Assembly (NCBI GenBank): GCA_963718235.1
Contig: CAVQYR010000001.1
Location: 640,001-704,000, forward strand
Direction: 5' to 3'
DNA from: an uncultured Actinomycetota bacterium
GTDB lineage: Bacteria; Actinomycetota; Actinomycetes; JAHEKZ01
DNA length: 64,000 nt
The notes beneath the pieces are model-generated. The model did not search any database. It worked only from the letters and a program-made list of their open reading frames with translations, and was not told the origin of the DNA. The stretch's first letter is position 1. The number at the start of each line of letters is the position of its first letter. This document shows, piece after piece, positions 32,903-42,237 of the stretch. The translations under genes and the position numbers were made by a program.

Positions 32903-34419
32903 GCGGTTCGTGGTGGCTTCCCGTCCTCCTGGGGCTTCCCCTCGCCGGTTCGCTCGTGCTGCTCCTGGCCGGACGTCGGGCCGATCGCTGGGCCTTGGCC
33001 TTCGGGGTGGCTCTGACGGGGGTCGGCCTGTTGCTGTCCCTGCTGATGCTGGCCGGATTCGACTCCGAGGACAGCGACTCTGTGCAGTTCGAGTTCCTGG
33101 CCCCCTGGGTTCCGCAGCTGGACCTCAGTCTGCGGCTCGGTGTCGACGGCCTCTCGCTCCCGCTCGTCGTCCTGACCTCGCTGCTGTGCTTCCTGTGCGC
33201 GCTGTACTCGCTGCGCAACCTGCCCGAGCCGGGGCGCCCGGCTGCGTACGTCGGGCTGTTCCTGCTGCTGCAGGTCGGACTTCTCGGTGCCTTCGTCTCG
33301 CTCGACCTGCTGCTGTTCTTCGTGTTCTTCGAGGTCGTGCTCGTACCCATGTGGTTCCTCATCGACACCTGGGGCAGCGGCGAGAAGCGCAGCTCCGCGA
33401 ACGTGTTCATCCTGTACACGGTGCTCGGGTCGGTGGTCATGCTCCTGGGCTTCCTGCTGGTGTGGGCGAGTACCGGGACCACCGACATGGTCCTGCTCGC
33501 CGACCAGCGGGGCGAGCAGATGTCCGCCAGCGTGCAGCTGGCCGCGGCCCTGCTGATCGGGGTGGGGCTGGCCGTGAAGACCCCGGTCTGGCCCCTTCAC
33601 ACGTGGCTGCCCGACGCGCACACCGCGGCGCCGACCGCGGGCTCGGTGCTGCTCGCCGGCGTGATGCTGAAGATGGGCACGTACGGCCTCGTGCGCATCG
33701 TGCTGCCGCAGCTGCCGGAAGGGATCCGCATCGTGGCTCCGTACCTGGCTGCGCTCGGTGTGGTGGGCATCGTCTACGGCGCCTGGGCCAGCTATGCCCA
33801 GCACGACCTCAAGCGGCTGATCGCCTTCTCCTCGGTGGGACACATGGGCTTCGTCGTCCTGGGCATCGCGACGCTTACGGCTGTGGGCGTCAACGGCGCG
33901 ATGTTCGGCAACGTCGCCCACGGCCTGATCACCGGGCTGCTCTTCTTCGTCGCCGGGTCGGTCAAGCTCAGGTACGGCACCCTCGACCTGCGCACGATGC
34001 CCCGCTCGCTGTACGCGCGAGCGCCCCGGCTGGGGTTCGTGCTCGGGTTCGCGGCCGTGGCCAGCCTGGGTCTGCCCGGTCTGGCCGGGTTCTGGGGCGA
34101 GTTCCTGCCGATGCTCGGCGCGTTCCACCCGGGTGTGCCCGAGCGGGCCTTCTTCCGCGTCCTGCTCGTCGTGGCGGCAGCCGGCACCGTCTTCGCGGCT
34201 GCCTACTTCCTGCGCGTGCTGCGCCGGGTCGCGCAGGGCCCGGACACCGACGAGCGGGCAGGTGACGTGACGGGCGTCGAGGCGGCCAGCTGGCTGCCAC
34301 TGGTCGTTCTCGTCGTCCTGCTGGGTGTCCTGCCCAGCCTCCTGCTCGGACTGACCGGGCCGACCGTCGAGTCGATCCTGAGCGGGGTCGGCGAGGTCGT
34401 GACGGTGGGTGCCCCGTGA
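32899..34419 (+). CDS. nuoM: Complex I-like subunit M (second copy)
   Basis: FFEVVLVP, KTPVWPLHTWLPDAH, LKMGTYG; GTG 32899. Confidence 0.92.
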   Translation: MSGSWWLPVLLGLPLAGSLVLLLAGRRADRWALAFGVALTGVGLLLSLLMLAGFDSEDSDSVQFEFLAPWVPQLDLSLRLGVDGLSLPLVVLTSLLCFLCALYSLRNLPEPGRPAAYVGLFLLLQVGLLGAFVSLDLLLFFVFFEVVLVPMWFLIDTWGSGEKRSSANVFILYTVLGSVVMLLGFLLVWASTGTTDMVLLADQRGEQMSASVQLAAALLIGVGLAVKTPVWPLHTWLPDAHTAAPTAGSVLLAGVMLKMGTYGLVRIVLPQLPEGIRIVAPYLAALGVVGIVYGAWASYAQHDLKRLIAFSSVGHMGFVVLGIATLTAVGVNGAMFGNVAHGLITGLLFFVAGSVKLRYGTLDLRTMPRSLYARAPRLGFVLGFAAVASLGLPGLAGFWGEFLPMLGAFHPGVPERAFFRVLLVVAAAGTVFAAAYFLRVLRRVAQGPDTDERAGDVTGVEAASWLPLVVLVVLLGVLPSLLLGLTGPTVESILSGVGEVVTVGAP

Positions 34420-35876
34420 CCACCCAGTCGGTCGACTACGTCGTCCTGGCACCGGTCCTGGTCCTCGCGCTGGGCGCCCTCGTCGCGCTGGTCACCGACC
34501 TGTTCGGCCCTCCCGGCTCCTCACGTGCGGGGTGGGTCGCCGGGATCGTCGTCCTGGCCGCCGGGCTGACGCTGCCGCCGACCCTCGACGGGCGCACGCT
34601 GTGCAGCGCTGACGTCGGCTGCGCCTACGTCGTCGACTCGACGGCCTGGGCCTTCCAGCTCATCGTGGTCGCGTCGACCTTCGTCGTCGTCCTCCTGTCG
34701 GTGAGCACCGTCGCCGACGACCACCTGCCGGCCGGTGAGTACTACTTCCTGCTCCTGGGCTCGGCCGCGGCTGCCGTGGCGCTGCCCTCCACCCGTGACC
34801 TGGTCAGCCTGATCGTCGTCCTGGAGGTCGTGTCGCTGCCGACGTTCGCCCTCGTGGCACTGAGACGCGGGGACCGTCGGGCCGGTGAGGCCGCGCTGAA
34901 GCTGTTCCTGTACTCCGTGGTGTCGGTCGCGGTCGCGCTCTACGGGGTCGCGCTCGTCTACGGCAGCACCGGATCGGTGACCTTCGCCGGGATCGCGACC
35001 GCCGTGGCCGACCCGCAGGTGCGCACTCCCGTACTGGCCGCCGGGCTCGTCATGGTGCTCGCCGTCCTGCTGTTCAAGATCGCCGCGTTCCCGTTCAACG
35101 CGTGGGCACCGGACACCTACCAGGGGGCGCCCGTCCCCGTCGCGGCGTACCTGTCGGTCGTGTCCAAGCTGGCCGGCTTCGCCGGGCTCGTGCTGCTCGC
35201 GAGCACGTTCGTGGCCTGGCCCGCCGCCTGGGCCGGCGTGCTCGCCGTCTCGTCAGCAGTGACCATGGTCGGGGCGAACGTAGCGGCGCTGCGCCAGGTC
35301 CGAGCCGTTCGGCTGCTTGCCTGGTCCTCGGTGGCCCAGGCCGGGTACGTGCTCGTCCCCCTGGCCGCGCTGGTGGGGAACGGGCGTCCGCAGGTCGGTG
35401 TTCTGGCAACCATGGTGGCCTACCTGGCGGTCTACGCAGCCATGAACCTGGGCGCCTTCTCGGTCGTGGCCGTGGTGGCCCGCCGCCGTCCCGACCCGAC
35501 CCTGGCCGACTTCGACGGGCTCGCCCGGGAGAACCCGTGGCTCGGCGTGGCGCTGGCGGTCTTCCTGGCGGCGCTGGCGGGGCTGCCGCCGGGCCTGAGC
35601 GGACTGTTCGCCAAGGTCGGGGTGCTCGCCGTCCCGGCCGGGACGGGTGCCTGGTGGCTGGCGGGCGCGATGGGCGTCGCGACGGTGATCGGCCTGGCGT
35701 ACTACCTGCCGTGGGCGGCTCGGCTCTTCCGCCGGGGACCGGGTGGACACGTGCCAGAGGGGCCGCCCGGTGAGCAGGTGCCGGTCGGACTCGGTGCCGC
35801 CACCGCCGTGGCGCTCCTGGTGACCGCGGTGCTGTCGGTGGCACCGGCTCTGGCGTTCGGCTTGATCGACGGGTGA
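34416..35876 (+). CDS. nuoN: Complex I-like subunit N (second copy)
   Basis: EAALKLF, FKIAAFPFNAWAPDTYQG, RLLAWSS. Confidence 0.92.
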   Translation: MTTQSVDYVVLAPVLVLALGALVALVTDLFGPPGSSRAGWVAGIVVLAAGLTLPPTLDGRTLCSADVGCAYVVDSTAWAFQLIVVASTFVVVLLSVSTVADDHLPAGEYYFLLLGSAAAAVALPSTRDLVSLIVVLEVVSLPTFALVALRRGDRRAGEAALKLFLYSVVSVAVALYGVALVYGSTGSVTFAGIATAVADPQVRTPVLAAGLVMVLAVLLFKIAAFPFNAWAPDTYQGAPVPVAAYLSVVSKLAGFAGLVLLASTFVAWPAAWAGVLAVSSAVTMVGANVAALRQVRAVRLLAWSSVAQAGYVLVPLAALVGNGRPQVGVLATMVAYLAVYAAMNLGAFSVVAVVARRRPDPTLADFDGLARENPWLGVALAVFLAALAGLPPGLSGLFAKVGVLAVPAGTGAWWLAGAMGVATVIGLAYYLPWAARLFRRGPGGHVPEGPPGEQVPVGLGAATAVALLVTAVLSVAPALAFGLIDG

Positions 35877-35896
35877 CCTGGGCGGTAGCAAGGAGG

Positions 35897-35923
35897 GGAA
35901 CGATTCTGGTCCTGCTGGTCGTT
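35897..35923 (+). promoter_or_regulatory. Putative ECF-sigma (SigR/SigH/SigE-like) promoter of htpX
   Basis: GGAAC-N18-CGTT upstream of htpX. Confidence 0.45.
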
Positions 35924-35961
35924 CCACGGTCCGTGGACGTGAGCGGCGCGAAAGGGAAGTC

Positions 35962-36822
35962 GTGAGTCGGCACTACTACAACGGGTTCAAGACGGCGGCC
36001 CTGCTGGGGCTGCTCACCGCGGTGATCATGGTCGTGGGTGCCTGGTTCGGCGGCACCCAGGGCCTGGTCATCGCGTTCGTGATCGCGCTGGCCACCAACG
36101 CGTTCGCGTACTGGAACAGCGGCTCCATGGCGCTGCGGTCGATGCGCGCGCGGCCGGTCAGCGAGGCCGAGCAGCCGGTCATGTACCGCGTCGTCCGCGA
36201 GATCGCGACCCAGCAGCGTCAGCCGATGCCCACGCTCCACGTGTCTCCCACGATGGCGCCGAACGCGTTCGCGACCGGGCGCAACCCCCGCAACGCCGCG
36301 GTGTGCTGCACCGAGGGCATCCTGCAGCTGCTCGACGAGCGCGAGCTGCGAGGCGTGCTCGCCCACGAGCTCGCCCACGTGTACAACCGCGACATCCTGA
36401 TCGCCTCGGTGGCGGCCACCTTGGCCGGGATCATCGTGTTCGCCGCCAACCTGGCGTGGCTCATCCCGATGGGTGGCAACAACCGGGACGGCGGCAACGT
36501 CCTCGGTGCACTGCTGCTCATGCTGCTCGGACCGCTGGCGGCGGGCCTGATCCAGATGGCGATCAGCCGCTCCCGGGAGTACCAGGCTGACTTCTCCGGC
36601 GCGCAGATGACCGGCGACCCGCTCGCGCTGGCCAGCGCGCTGCGCAAGCTCGAGGTCGGGGTGGCCGCCGCGCCCCTGCGTCCGGAGCCGCAGCTGGAGA
36701 CGGCCAGCGCGCTGATGATCGCCAACCCGTTCCGACCCGGTGGGATGTCGAGCCTGTTCTCCACCCACCCCCCGACCAGTGACCGGGTCGCCCGGCTGGA
36801 GGAGATGGCGGGTCTGCGCTGA
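35962..36822 (+). CDS. htpX: Zinc metalloprotease HtpX
   Basis: PNAFATGR, HELAH, SRSREYQAD, FSTHPP. Confidence 0.95.
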   Translation: MSRHYYNGFKTAALLGLLTAVIMVVGAWFGGTQGLVIAFVIALATNAFAYWNSGSMALRSMRARPVSEAEQPVMYRVVREIATQQRQPMPTLHVSPTMAPNAFATGRNPRNAAVCCTEGILQLLDERELRGVLAHELAHVYNRDILIASVAATLAGIIVFAANLAWLIPMGGNNRDGGNVLGALLLMLLGPLAAGLIQMAISRSREYQADFSGAQMTGDPLALASALRKLEVGVAAAPLRPEPQLETASALMIANPFRPGGMSSLFSTHPPTSDRVARLEEMAGLR

Positions 36823-36835
36823 GCGGTCCGGCCGC

Positions 36836-37864
36836 CTAGCCGCGGTCGACCGGTCGGGCGGCTCCGGTCCGCTCCGCGGCCCAGCGCAGCGGCTCGGTCA
36901 ACCTCCACGACCGGCTGGCGTGCAGGGCCGCGAGCTCCGCCTCGAGCGCCCGGAGCCGGTCCTGCTGCTCCTCGCTGAGCCGGCGGCCCTCGACGGCCGC
37001 TCGGTGGACGACCTCGTAACGGCGGTTGCGCCCGCGCACGTCGTTGAGCCAGTCGAGGTCGATCGGCCGGTCGTCCGCCGTTGGCACCGCGCGCTCGTAC
37101 CCCAGGGTCGTGAAGTCGTCGTCGTACAGGGCGGTGATCGCCGCGAGGGCCGGGTCGGAGACGAGCTCCGGCAGGTAGGGGATGACGTTCTCGTTGATCC
37201 TGAGCGGGGCCGTGGGTGTGATGCCGTGGTCGCGCAGGTGGCCAGCGACCGTCTCCAGGCCCTCGGTCATCGCCTCCTGCCGCAGCTGCAGCATGGAACC
37301 GGCCGGTTCGCGCCCGAGCAGGAGGTGCTGCGGCCAGAGGTGCACGTCGAACGTCATCCAGTCCCCGACGTCTTCGACCTGGCGCTGCAAGGCCAGCACG
37401 AACTCCTCGAAGAGCTCGCGGATCTGTGCACTCGACTCGATCCGGTCCGGTGGGAGGGGGAAGTCCTCGGGCAGGCGCTCGTTGTAGTACGGCTCGAGCG
37501 TGAGGTACTTGCCGGCCCATGCCGAGAACATCCGGGTGACGGGGTGGCGTACCGGGAGAACGGAGAGCACGTCGTCGGAGGCCAACGCGTCGTGGCGCTC
37601 CGCCGCGCTCAGGGAGTCCCAGGTGAACCGCAGGTCGACCGAGGTGTCCCACACCGTCTGGGCGGGGGCCGACTCACCCCACAGGGACTCCGCCGTCCGC
37701 TTGGTGACGTCGATCCCGTGCGACTCCAGCAGCCACCACCTCAGGCTCGTCCCGGCCGCCTTGGGGTTGCCCGCGATGAACAGCCGGGACACGGGGAAGA
37801 ACATCGATGTGTGCAGCGAGTGACGCACGAAGCGGTCGAGACCGTCCTCCGGCACGTCGTTCAC
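36836..37864 (-). CDS. Sulfotransferase family protein (Sulfotransfer_2-like)
   Basis: PKAAGTS (5'-PSB) and VRHPVTRMFSAW (3'-PB) PAPS-binding motifs, HLWPQ, LYDDDFTTLGY; coiled-coil C-terminus. Confidence 0.78.
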   Translation of the reverse strand: MNDVPEDGLDRFVRHSLHTSMFFPVSRLFIAGNPKAAGTSLRWWLLESHGIDVTKRTAESLWGESAPAQTVWDTSVDLRFTWDSLSAAERHDALASDDVLSVLPVRHPVTRMFSAWAGKYLTLEPYYNERLPEDFPLPPDRIESSAQIRELFEEFVLALQRQVEDVGDWMTFDVHLWPQHLLLGREPAGSMLQLRQEAMTEGLETVAGHLRDHGITPTAPLRINENVIPYLPELVSDPALAAITALYDDDFTTLGYERAVPTADDRPIDLDWLNDVRGRNRRYEVVHRAAVEGRRLSEEQQDRLRALEAELAALHASRSWRLTEPLRWAAERTGAARPVDRG

Positions 37865-37882
37865 GGGTGCAGGCCGGACACG

Positions 37883-38374
37883 TCAGCGGTAGTTGACGAA
37901 CTGCAGGGCGACATCGAGGTCCTTGCTTTTGAGCAGTGCGATGACCTCCTGGAGGTCGTCACGGCTCTTGCTCGTGACCCGCAGCTCGTCACCCTGGATC
38001 TGGGCCTTGACCCCCTTGGGGCCCTCGTCGCGGATGATCTTGGCGACCTTCTTGGCGTTCTCGCTGGACATGCCGTTGGAGAAGGTGCCGGTGAGCCGGA
38101 CTTCCTTGCCCGAGGGCTTGGGGTCGCCGGTCTCCAGCGCCTTCAGCGACACGCCGCGCTTGACCAGCTTGCTCTGGAAGACGTCGAGCACGGCCTTGGC
38201 CCGGTCCTCGGAGTTGGCGGTGATCTCCACGCCCCACTCCCCGGACCACTCGATCGCGGCACCGGTGTTCTTGAAGTCGAACCGCTGAGAGATCTCCTTG
38301 GCGGCTTGGTTCAGCGCGTTGTCGACCTCTTGGCGGTCGACCTTGCTGACGACGTCGAACGATGAATCGGCCAT
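37883..38374 (-). CDS. yajQ: YajQ family nucleotide-binding protein
   Basis: [26 protein letters not shown]. Confidence 0.95.
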   Translation of the reverse strand: MADSSFDVVSKVDRQEVDNALNQAAKEISQRFDFKNTGAAIEWSGEWGVEITANSEDRAKAVLDVFQSKLVKRGVSLKALETGDPKPSGKEVRLTGTFSNGMSSENAKKVAKIIRDEGPKGVKAQIQGDELRVTSKSRDDLQEVIALLKSKDLDVALQFVNYR

Positions 38375-38430
38375 GCGAAACCTCCCGGATGTGCTGCGCT
38401 ATTCTGGCAGCCGCTTCCGCGAGGGGGCAT

Positions 38431-38512
38431 GGCAGGTTGCCCGAGTGGCCAATGGGAGCGGACTGTAAATCCGTCGGCTTAGCCTTCGTTGGTTCGAATC
38501 CAACACCTGCCA
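38431..38512 (+). tRNA. tRNA-Tyr(GTA)
   Basis: Cloverleaf with long variable arm, anticodon loop CT-GTA-AA, GGTTCGAATCC T arm. Confidence 0.95.
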
Positions 38513-38516
38513 CAGC

Positions 38517-38541
38517 GACGCCCGGCCTCCCGCCGGGCGTC
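38517..38541. terminator. GC hairpin between tRNA-Tyr and the convergent ORF
   Basis: GACGCCCGGC-CTCCC-GCCGGGCGTC, perfect 10-bp stem. Confidence 0.55.
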
Positions 38542-38881
38542 ACCGTTTCCGGGCCCGGAGGGCCACGGCGACGACTCCCGCCGCTGTGAGCGAGATGACG
38601 ACCCCGAGGGCTTGGGCCCGACCCGTGGGCTGAGCGCCGATCGAGCCGAAACCACCGGCGGCCATGGCCGACCCGAGGCTGCCGGCGCTCAAGGCCGAGG
38701 CGATCGAGCCGGCCGAGCCGATCGAGGCGACCGAGCCTGCGCTCCCGACGGACAGCACCGAACCGACCGAGCCGACGCTGGCGATGCTGAACACGCTGTT
38801 GGACGACGCGATGGAGGCGAACGAGTCCTGGGACCACAGGGACCAAGGGGAGGTGGTGCCTGGTGCGTGCTCGGCGCTCAT
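38540..38881 (-). CDS. Small hypothetical membrane protein with Ser-x-x repeats
   Basis: AAGGAG RBS before the ATG; 21 consecutive S-x-x triplets; C-terminal hydrophobic helix followed by RARKR. Confidence 0.7.
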   Translation of the reverse strand: MSAEHAPGTTSPWSLWSQDSFASIASSNSVFSIASVGSVGSVLSVGSAGSVASIGSAGSIASALSAGSLGSAMAAGGFGSIGAQPTGRAQALGVVISLTAAGVVAVALRARKR

Positions 38882-38988
38882 CGGTGGCTCCTTCGTCGGT
38901 CGACCGCGATTTCCGGCGGCTGGACCGCCTTGTGTACCCTAGGCGGGCTCGTCGTTGGTCTGTGGCCGCCCAGGCGGCCGTCGAGCGT

Positions 38989-39061
38989 GCCCCAATAGCT
39001 CAGTCGGCAGAGCGTCTCCATGGTAAGGAGAAGGTCTACGGTTCGATTCCGTATTGGGGCT
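38989..39061 (+). tRNA. tRNA-Thr(GGT)
   Basis: GCCCCAA/TTGGGGC acceptor stem, anticodon GGT, GGTTCGATTCC. Confidence 0.95.
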
Positions 39062-39108
39062 CTGGGGACCGCACTCTCGCCGTCGTGTGGTGATGGTCGG
39101 TCTCGGCG

Positions 39109-39182
39109 GGCGGGGTAGCTCAGTCTGGCAGAGCAAGCGGCTCATAATCGCTGTGTCGCCGGTTCAAATCCGGCCTCCGCTA
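39109..39182 (+). tRNA. tRNA-Met(CAT), elongator type
   Basis: Anticodon loop CT-CAT-AA, GGTTCAAATCC; conserved Thr-Met-rpmG order. Confidence 0.92.
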
Positions 39183-39273
39183 CGAGGACGGTTCGCGCAC
39201 GACCCGCGGTGCCACGTCGGCACCCGCGAAACATGGTCCGACCAGGCTAGATCCGACAAGGCTAGGAGTTCCG

Positions 39274-39441
39274 GTGGCTTCCAGGAGCGACGTTCGACCC
39301 AAGATCACGATGGCGTGTGCCGACTGCAAGCACCGCAACTACATCACCCGCAAGAACCGGCGCAACGACCCGGACCGGATCTCGCTGCAGAAGTTCTGCC
39401 CGAACTGCGGCAAGCACACCGAGCACCGCGAGACCCGCTGA
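39274..39441 (+). CDS. rpmG: 50S ribosomal protein L33 (Zn-ribbon form)
   Basis: [55 protein letters not shown]; too short for the ORF track. Confidence 0.96.
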   Translation: MASRSDVRPKITMACADCKHRNYITRKNRRNDPDRISLQKFCPNCGKHTEHRETR

Positions 39442-39443
39442 GC

Positions 39444-40256
39444 GTGCGCCTCGCCGGCCGGACCGCCCTGGTCACCGGGGCCGGGCGCGGGATCGGTGCG
39501 GCCACGGCCCACCGGCTCGCCAGTGAGGGCGCCCGGGTCGTGGTCAACGACCTCGACGTCACGCTCGCCGGGGCGGTGGCCGACGAGATCCTCGCCGAAG
39601 GCGGCGCGGCGGTGGCCGCTCCGGCCGACCTCCTCGACGTCGACGCCGTCGACCACCTGGTCACCTCGCTGGTCGGGACCTGGGGCGTGCCCGACGTCGT
39701 GGTCAACAACGCAGGCACCACCCGCGACCGGATGTTCCACCGCATGGACGCCGAGACCTTCGCCTTCGGCGTCGACGCCAACCTGACCACGACGGTGAAT
39801 GTGACCCGGGCGACCGTGGCCGTGATGCGCGCCGCGGCCAAGGACGAGATCGCCCGGTCCGGCACGCCGGACTGTGTGCGCAAGATCGTCTTCACCTCTT
39901 CGGTCGCCGCGTTGACCGGCAACCCGGGCCAGGCCAACTACACCGCCGCCAAGGGGGCGCTCATCTCCTTGGCGAAGACCCTCGCCTCGGAGCTGGGTCC
40001 TTTCGGGATCACGGTCAACGTCGTGGCACCCGGCTTCGTCGAGACCAGACTGACCGCGGCCAACGACGACGGGAACGCCGAGCTGGGGATTCCCGGCTCG
40101 GTACGCGACTCCATCCGCGCGATGATCGCCCTGGGTCGGCTCGGGCAGCCGTCGGACATCGCCGCCGTCCATGCCTTCCTGGCATCCTCGGACTCCGACT
40201 TCATGTCCGGGGTCACCCTGCCGGTCACCGGCGGGCAGTTCGGAGGGATGGGATGA
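39444..40256 (+). CDS. SDR family oxidoreductase (FabG-like)
   Basis: TGAGRGIG, NNAG, YTAAK, VAPGFVET. Confidence 0.9.
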   Translation: MRLAGRTALVTGAGRGIGAATAHRLASEGARVVVNDLDVTLAGAVADEILAEGGAAVAAPADLLDVDAVDHLVTSLVGTWGVPDVVVNNAGTTRDRMFHRMDAETFAFGVDANLTTTVNVTRATVAVMRAAAKDEIARSGTPDCVRKIVFTSSVAALTGNPGQANYTAAKGALISLAKTLASELGPFGITVNVVAPGFVETRLTAANDDGNAELGIPGSVRDSIRAMIALGRLGQPSDIAAVHAFLASSDSDFMSGVTLPVTGGQFGGMG

Positions 40257-40257
40257 C

Positions 40258-40713
40258 GTGGGGCTGAACCTGGAGCTGCTGGGCAAGACCTACCCACCGA
40301 TGACCTATGAGGTCGGCCGAGAGAAGATCCGGGAGTTCGCCGAAGCCGTCGGCGACGACAACCCGGCCTATCGCGACGCCGACGCCGCGCGGGCTCTGGG
40401 CCACCCGGACGTCGTGGCCCCGCCCACCTTCGCCGTCGTCGCCACTCGCGGACCCCAGATCGCGGTCATCGAGGATCCGCAGCTCGGCCTGGACTTCACC
40501 CGGGTGGTGCACGGCGACCAGCGGTTCACCTTCCACCGCCCGATCGTGGCCGGTGACCGGCTGGTGGTCACCGCGGCGATCGACACCGCCCGGACGGTGG
40601 CGGGCAACGACATCCTGACGATCCGCAGCGACATCACCGACGACCAAGGGGCCGAGGTGGCCTCGGTGTGGGCCACCCTCGTGGCGCGCGCCCCCGAAGA
40701 GAAGGGCTCCTGA
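40258..40713 (+). CDS. hadA: MaoC-like dehydratase, HadA-type subunit
   Basis: YEVGREKIREFA, APPTF, VVHGDQRF; position downstream of rpmG. Confidence 0.8.
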   Translation: MGLNLELLGKTYPPMTYEVGREKIREFAEAVGDDNPAYRDADAARALGHPDVVAPPTFAVVATRGPQIAVIEDPQLGLDFTRVVHGDQRFTFHRPIVAGDRLVVTAAIDTARTVAGNDILTIRSDITDDQGAEVASVWATLVARAPEEKGS

Positions 40714-40714
40714 G

Positions 40715-41143
40715 ATGGCCGCCACCGTCTCCTTCGACGACGTCGAGGTCGGGACCCCGCTGCCGGAGCAGGTGTTCACCGTGCGCCGGCTCGACCTCGT
40801 CCGCTACGCCGGGGCGTCCGGTGACTTCAACGTCATCCACTGGAACGAGCGCGTGGCCAAGGAGGTGGGTCTTCCCGACGTCATCGCCCATGGCATGTTC
40901 ACCATGGCCGAGGCGATCCGGGTGGTCACCGACTGGGTCGGCGACCCGGGCGCGGTGGTCGGGTACCGCGTGCGCTTCACCCGGCCCGTTCCGGTGCCCG
41001 ACGACGACCGTGGGGCCACGTTGGTGGTGTCTGCGGCGGTCACCGAGAAGCTGCCCGATCGGAGGGTGGAGGTCGAGCTCAAGGCCCTGTGCGACGACCA
41101 GAAGGTGCTCGGCATGGCACGCGCCGTCGTTCAGCTCGGTTGA
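40715..41143 (+). CDS. hadB: MaoC-like dehydratase, HadB-type catalytic subunit
   Basis: YAGASGDFNVIHW hydratase-2 motif, IAHGM. Confidence 0.82.
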   Translation: MAATVSFDDVEVGTPLPEQVFTVRRLDLVRYAGASGDFNVIHWNERVAKEVGLPDVIAHGMFTMAEAIRVVTDWVGDPGAVVGYRVRFTRPVPVPDDDRGATLVVSAAVTEKLPDRRVEVELKALCDDQKVLGMARAVVQLG

Positions 41144-41190
41144 GCGATGCGCCTGCGGTGCCCGCCGTGCTGCGGGCATAGGTTGGGCGC

Positions 41191-42237
41191 GTGCAGGTCC
41201 GCCACGACGCCTCGTTCAGCGAGCTGACCACCCTGCGGGTGGGGGGAGCAGCGAAACGGCTGGTCGAGGTCGAGCGCACCCAGGAGGCGCTCGACGTGCT
41301 GGCCGACTGCGATGCGTCGGGTGAGCCACTCATCGTGCTCGGTGGTGGGTCGAACCTGCTCGTGTGTGACGAAGCCCCGGACCTCACCGTGCTCGCCGTG
41401 CGGACGCGCGGCATCGACCTGGCGGTCGACGACGACCAGGTGCTGGTGACGGTCGCCGCCGGCGAGCCGTGGGACGACCTCGTCGCGCAGTCGGTCGAGG
41501 CCGGCTGGTCCGGGGTCGAGGCGCTGGGGGGTATCCCCGGCCTGGTGGGGGCGACCCCGATCCAGAACGTGGGGGCCTACGGCCAAGAGGTCGCCGACAC
41601 CGTCGTCTCGGTGGACGTCGTCGACCGGGCGACTGGCGAGCGCGTGGCCCGGCCGGCAGCGCAGTGCTTCTTCGGGTACCGCACGAGCGCCTTCAAACGG
41701 GCGCCCGGAGAGTTCGTGGTGCTCGGGGTGACCTTTCGCCTCCGACGCTCCAGTCGCAGTGCCCCGGTCCGGTACGCCGAGCTCGCGGCGTCCCTGGGCG
41801 TCGCCGTGGGTGACTCGGCGCCCATGGAGCGCGTCCACGAGGCGGTGCTCGCCCTGCGCCGGCGCAAGGGCATGGTCCTCGAGGACGACGACCACGACAC
41901 CTGGAGCGCCGGGTCCTTCTTCACCAACCCGGTCGTCGACGCCGCCGTCGCCGCTGCCCTGCCGGCCGCAGCGCCGCAGTTCGACGCCGGGGAGGGGCAG
42001 GTCAAAGTCTCGGCGGCCTGGCTCATCGAGGAGTCCGGGTTCCCCCGTGGGTCCGGCGGCGACCTCACCGGCGGTCGGGCGGCGCTGTCCTCCAAGCACA
42101 CCCTCGCCGTCACCAACCGCGGGGGCGCGTCGACCGCGGACGTCCTGACCCTCGCGCGGGCCGTCCGGGCTGCGGTGAGTGAGCAGTTCGGCATCGAGCT
42201 GGAGCCCGAGCCGACGCTGGTCGGCTGCCACCTGTGA
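41191..42237 (+). CDS. murB: UDP-N-acetylenolpyruvoylglucosamine reductase
   Basis: GGGSN, IPGLVGATPIQNVGAYG, FGYRTS, SAGSFFTNP, LEPEP. Confidence 0.95.
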   Translation: MQVRHDASFSELTTLRVGGAAKRLVEVERTQEALDVLADCDASGEPLIVLGGGSNLLVCDEAPDLTVLAVRTRGIDLAVDDDQVLVTVAAGEPWDDLVAQSVEAGWSGVEALGGIPGLVGATPIQNVGAYGQEVADTVVSVDVVDRATGERVARPAAQCFFGYRTSAFKRAPGEFVVLGVTFRLRRSSRSAPVRYAELAASLGVAVGDSAPMERVHEAVLALRRRKGMVLEDDDHDTWSAGSFFTNPVVDAAVAAALPAAAPQFDAGEGQVKVSAAWLIEESGFPRGSGGDLTGGRAALSSKHTLAVTNRGGASTADVLTLARAVRAAVSEQFGIELEPEPTLVGCHL

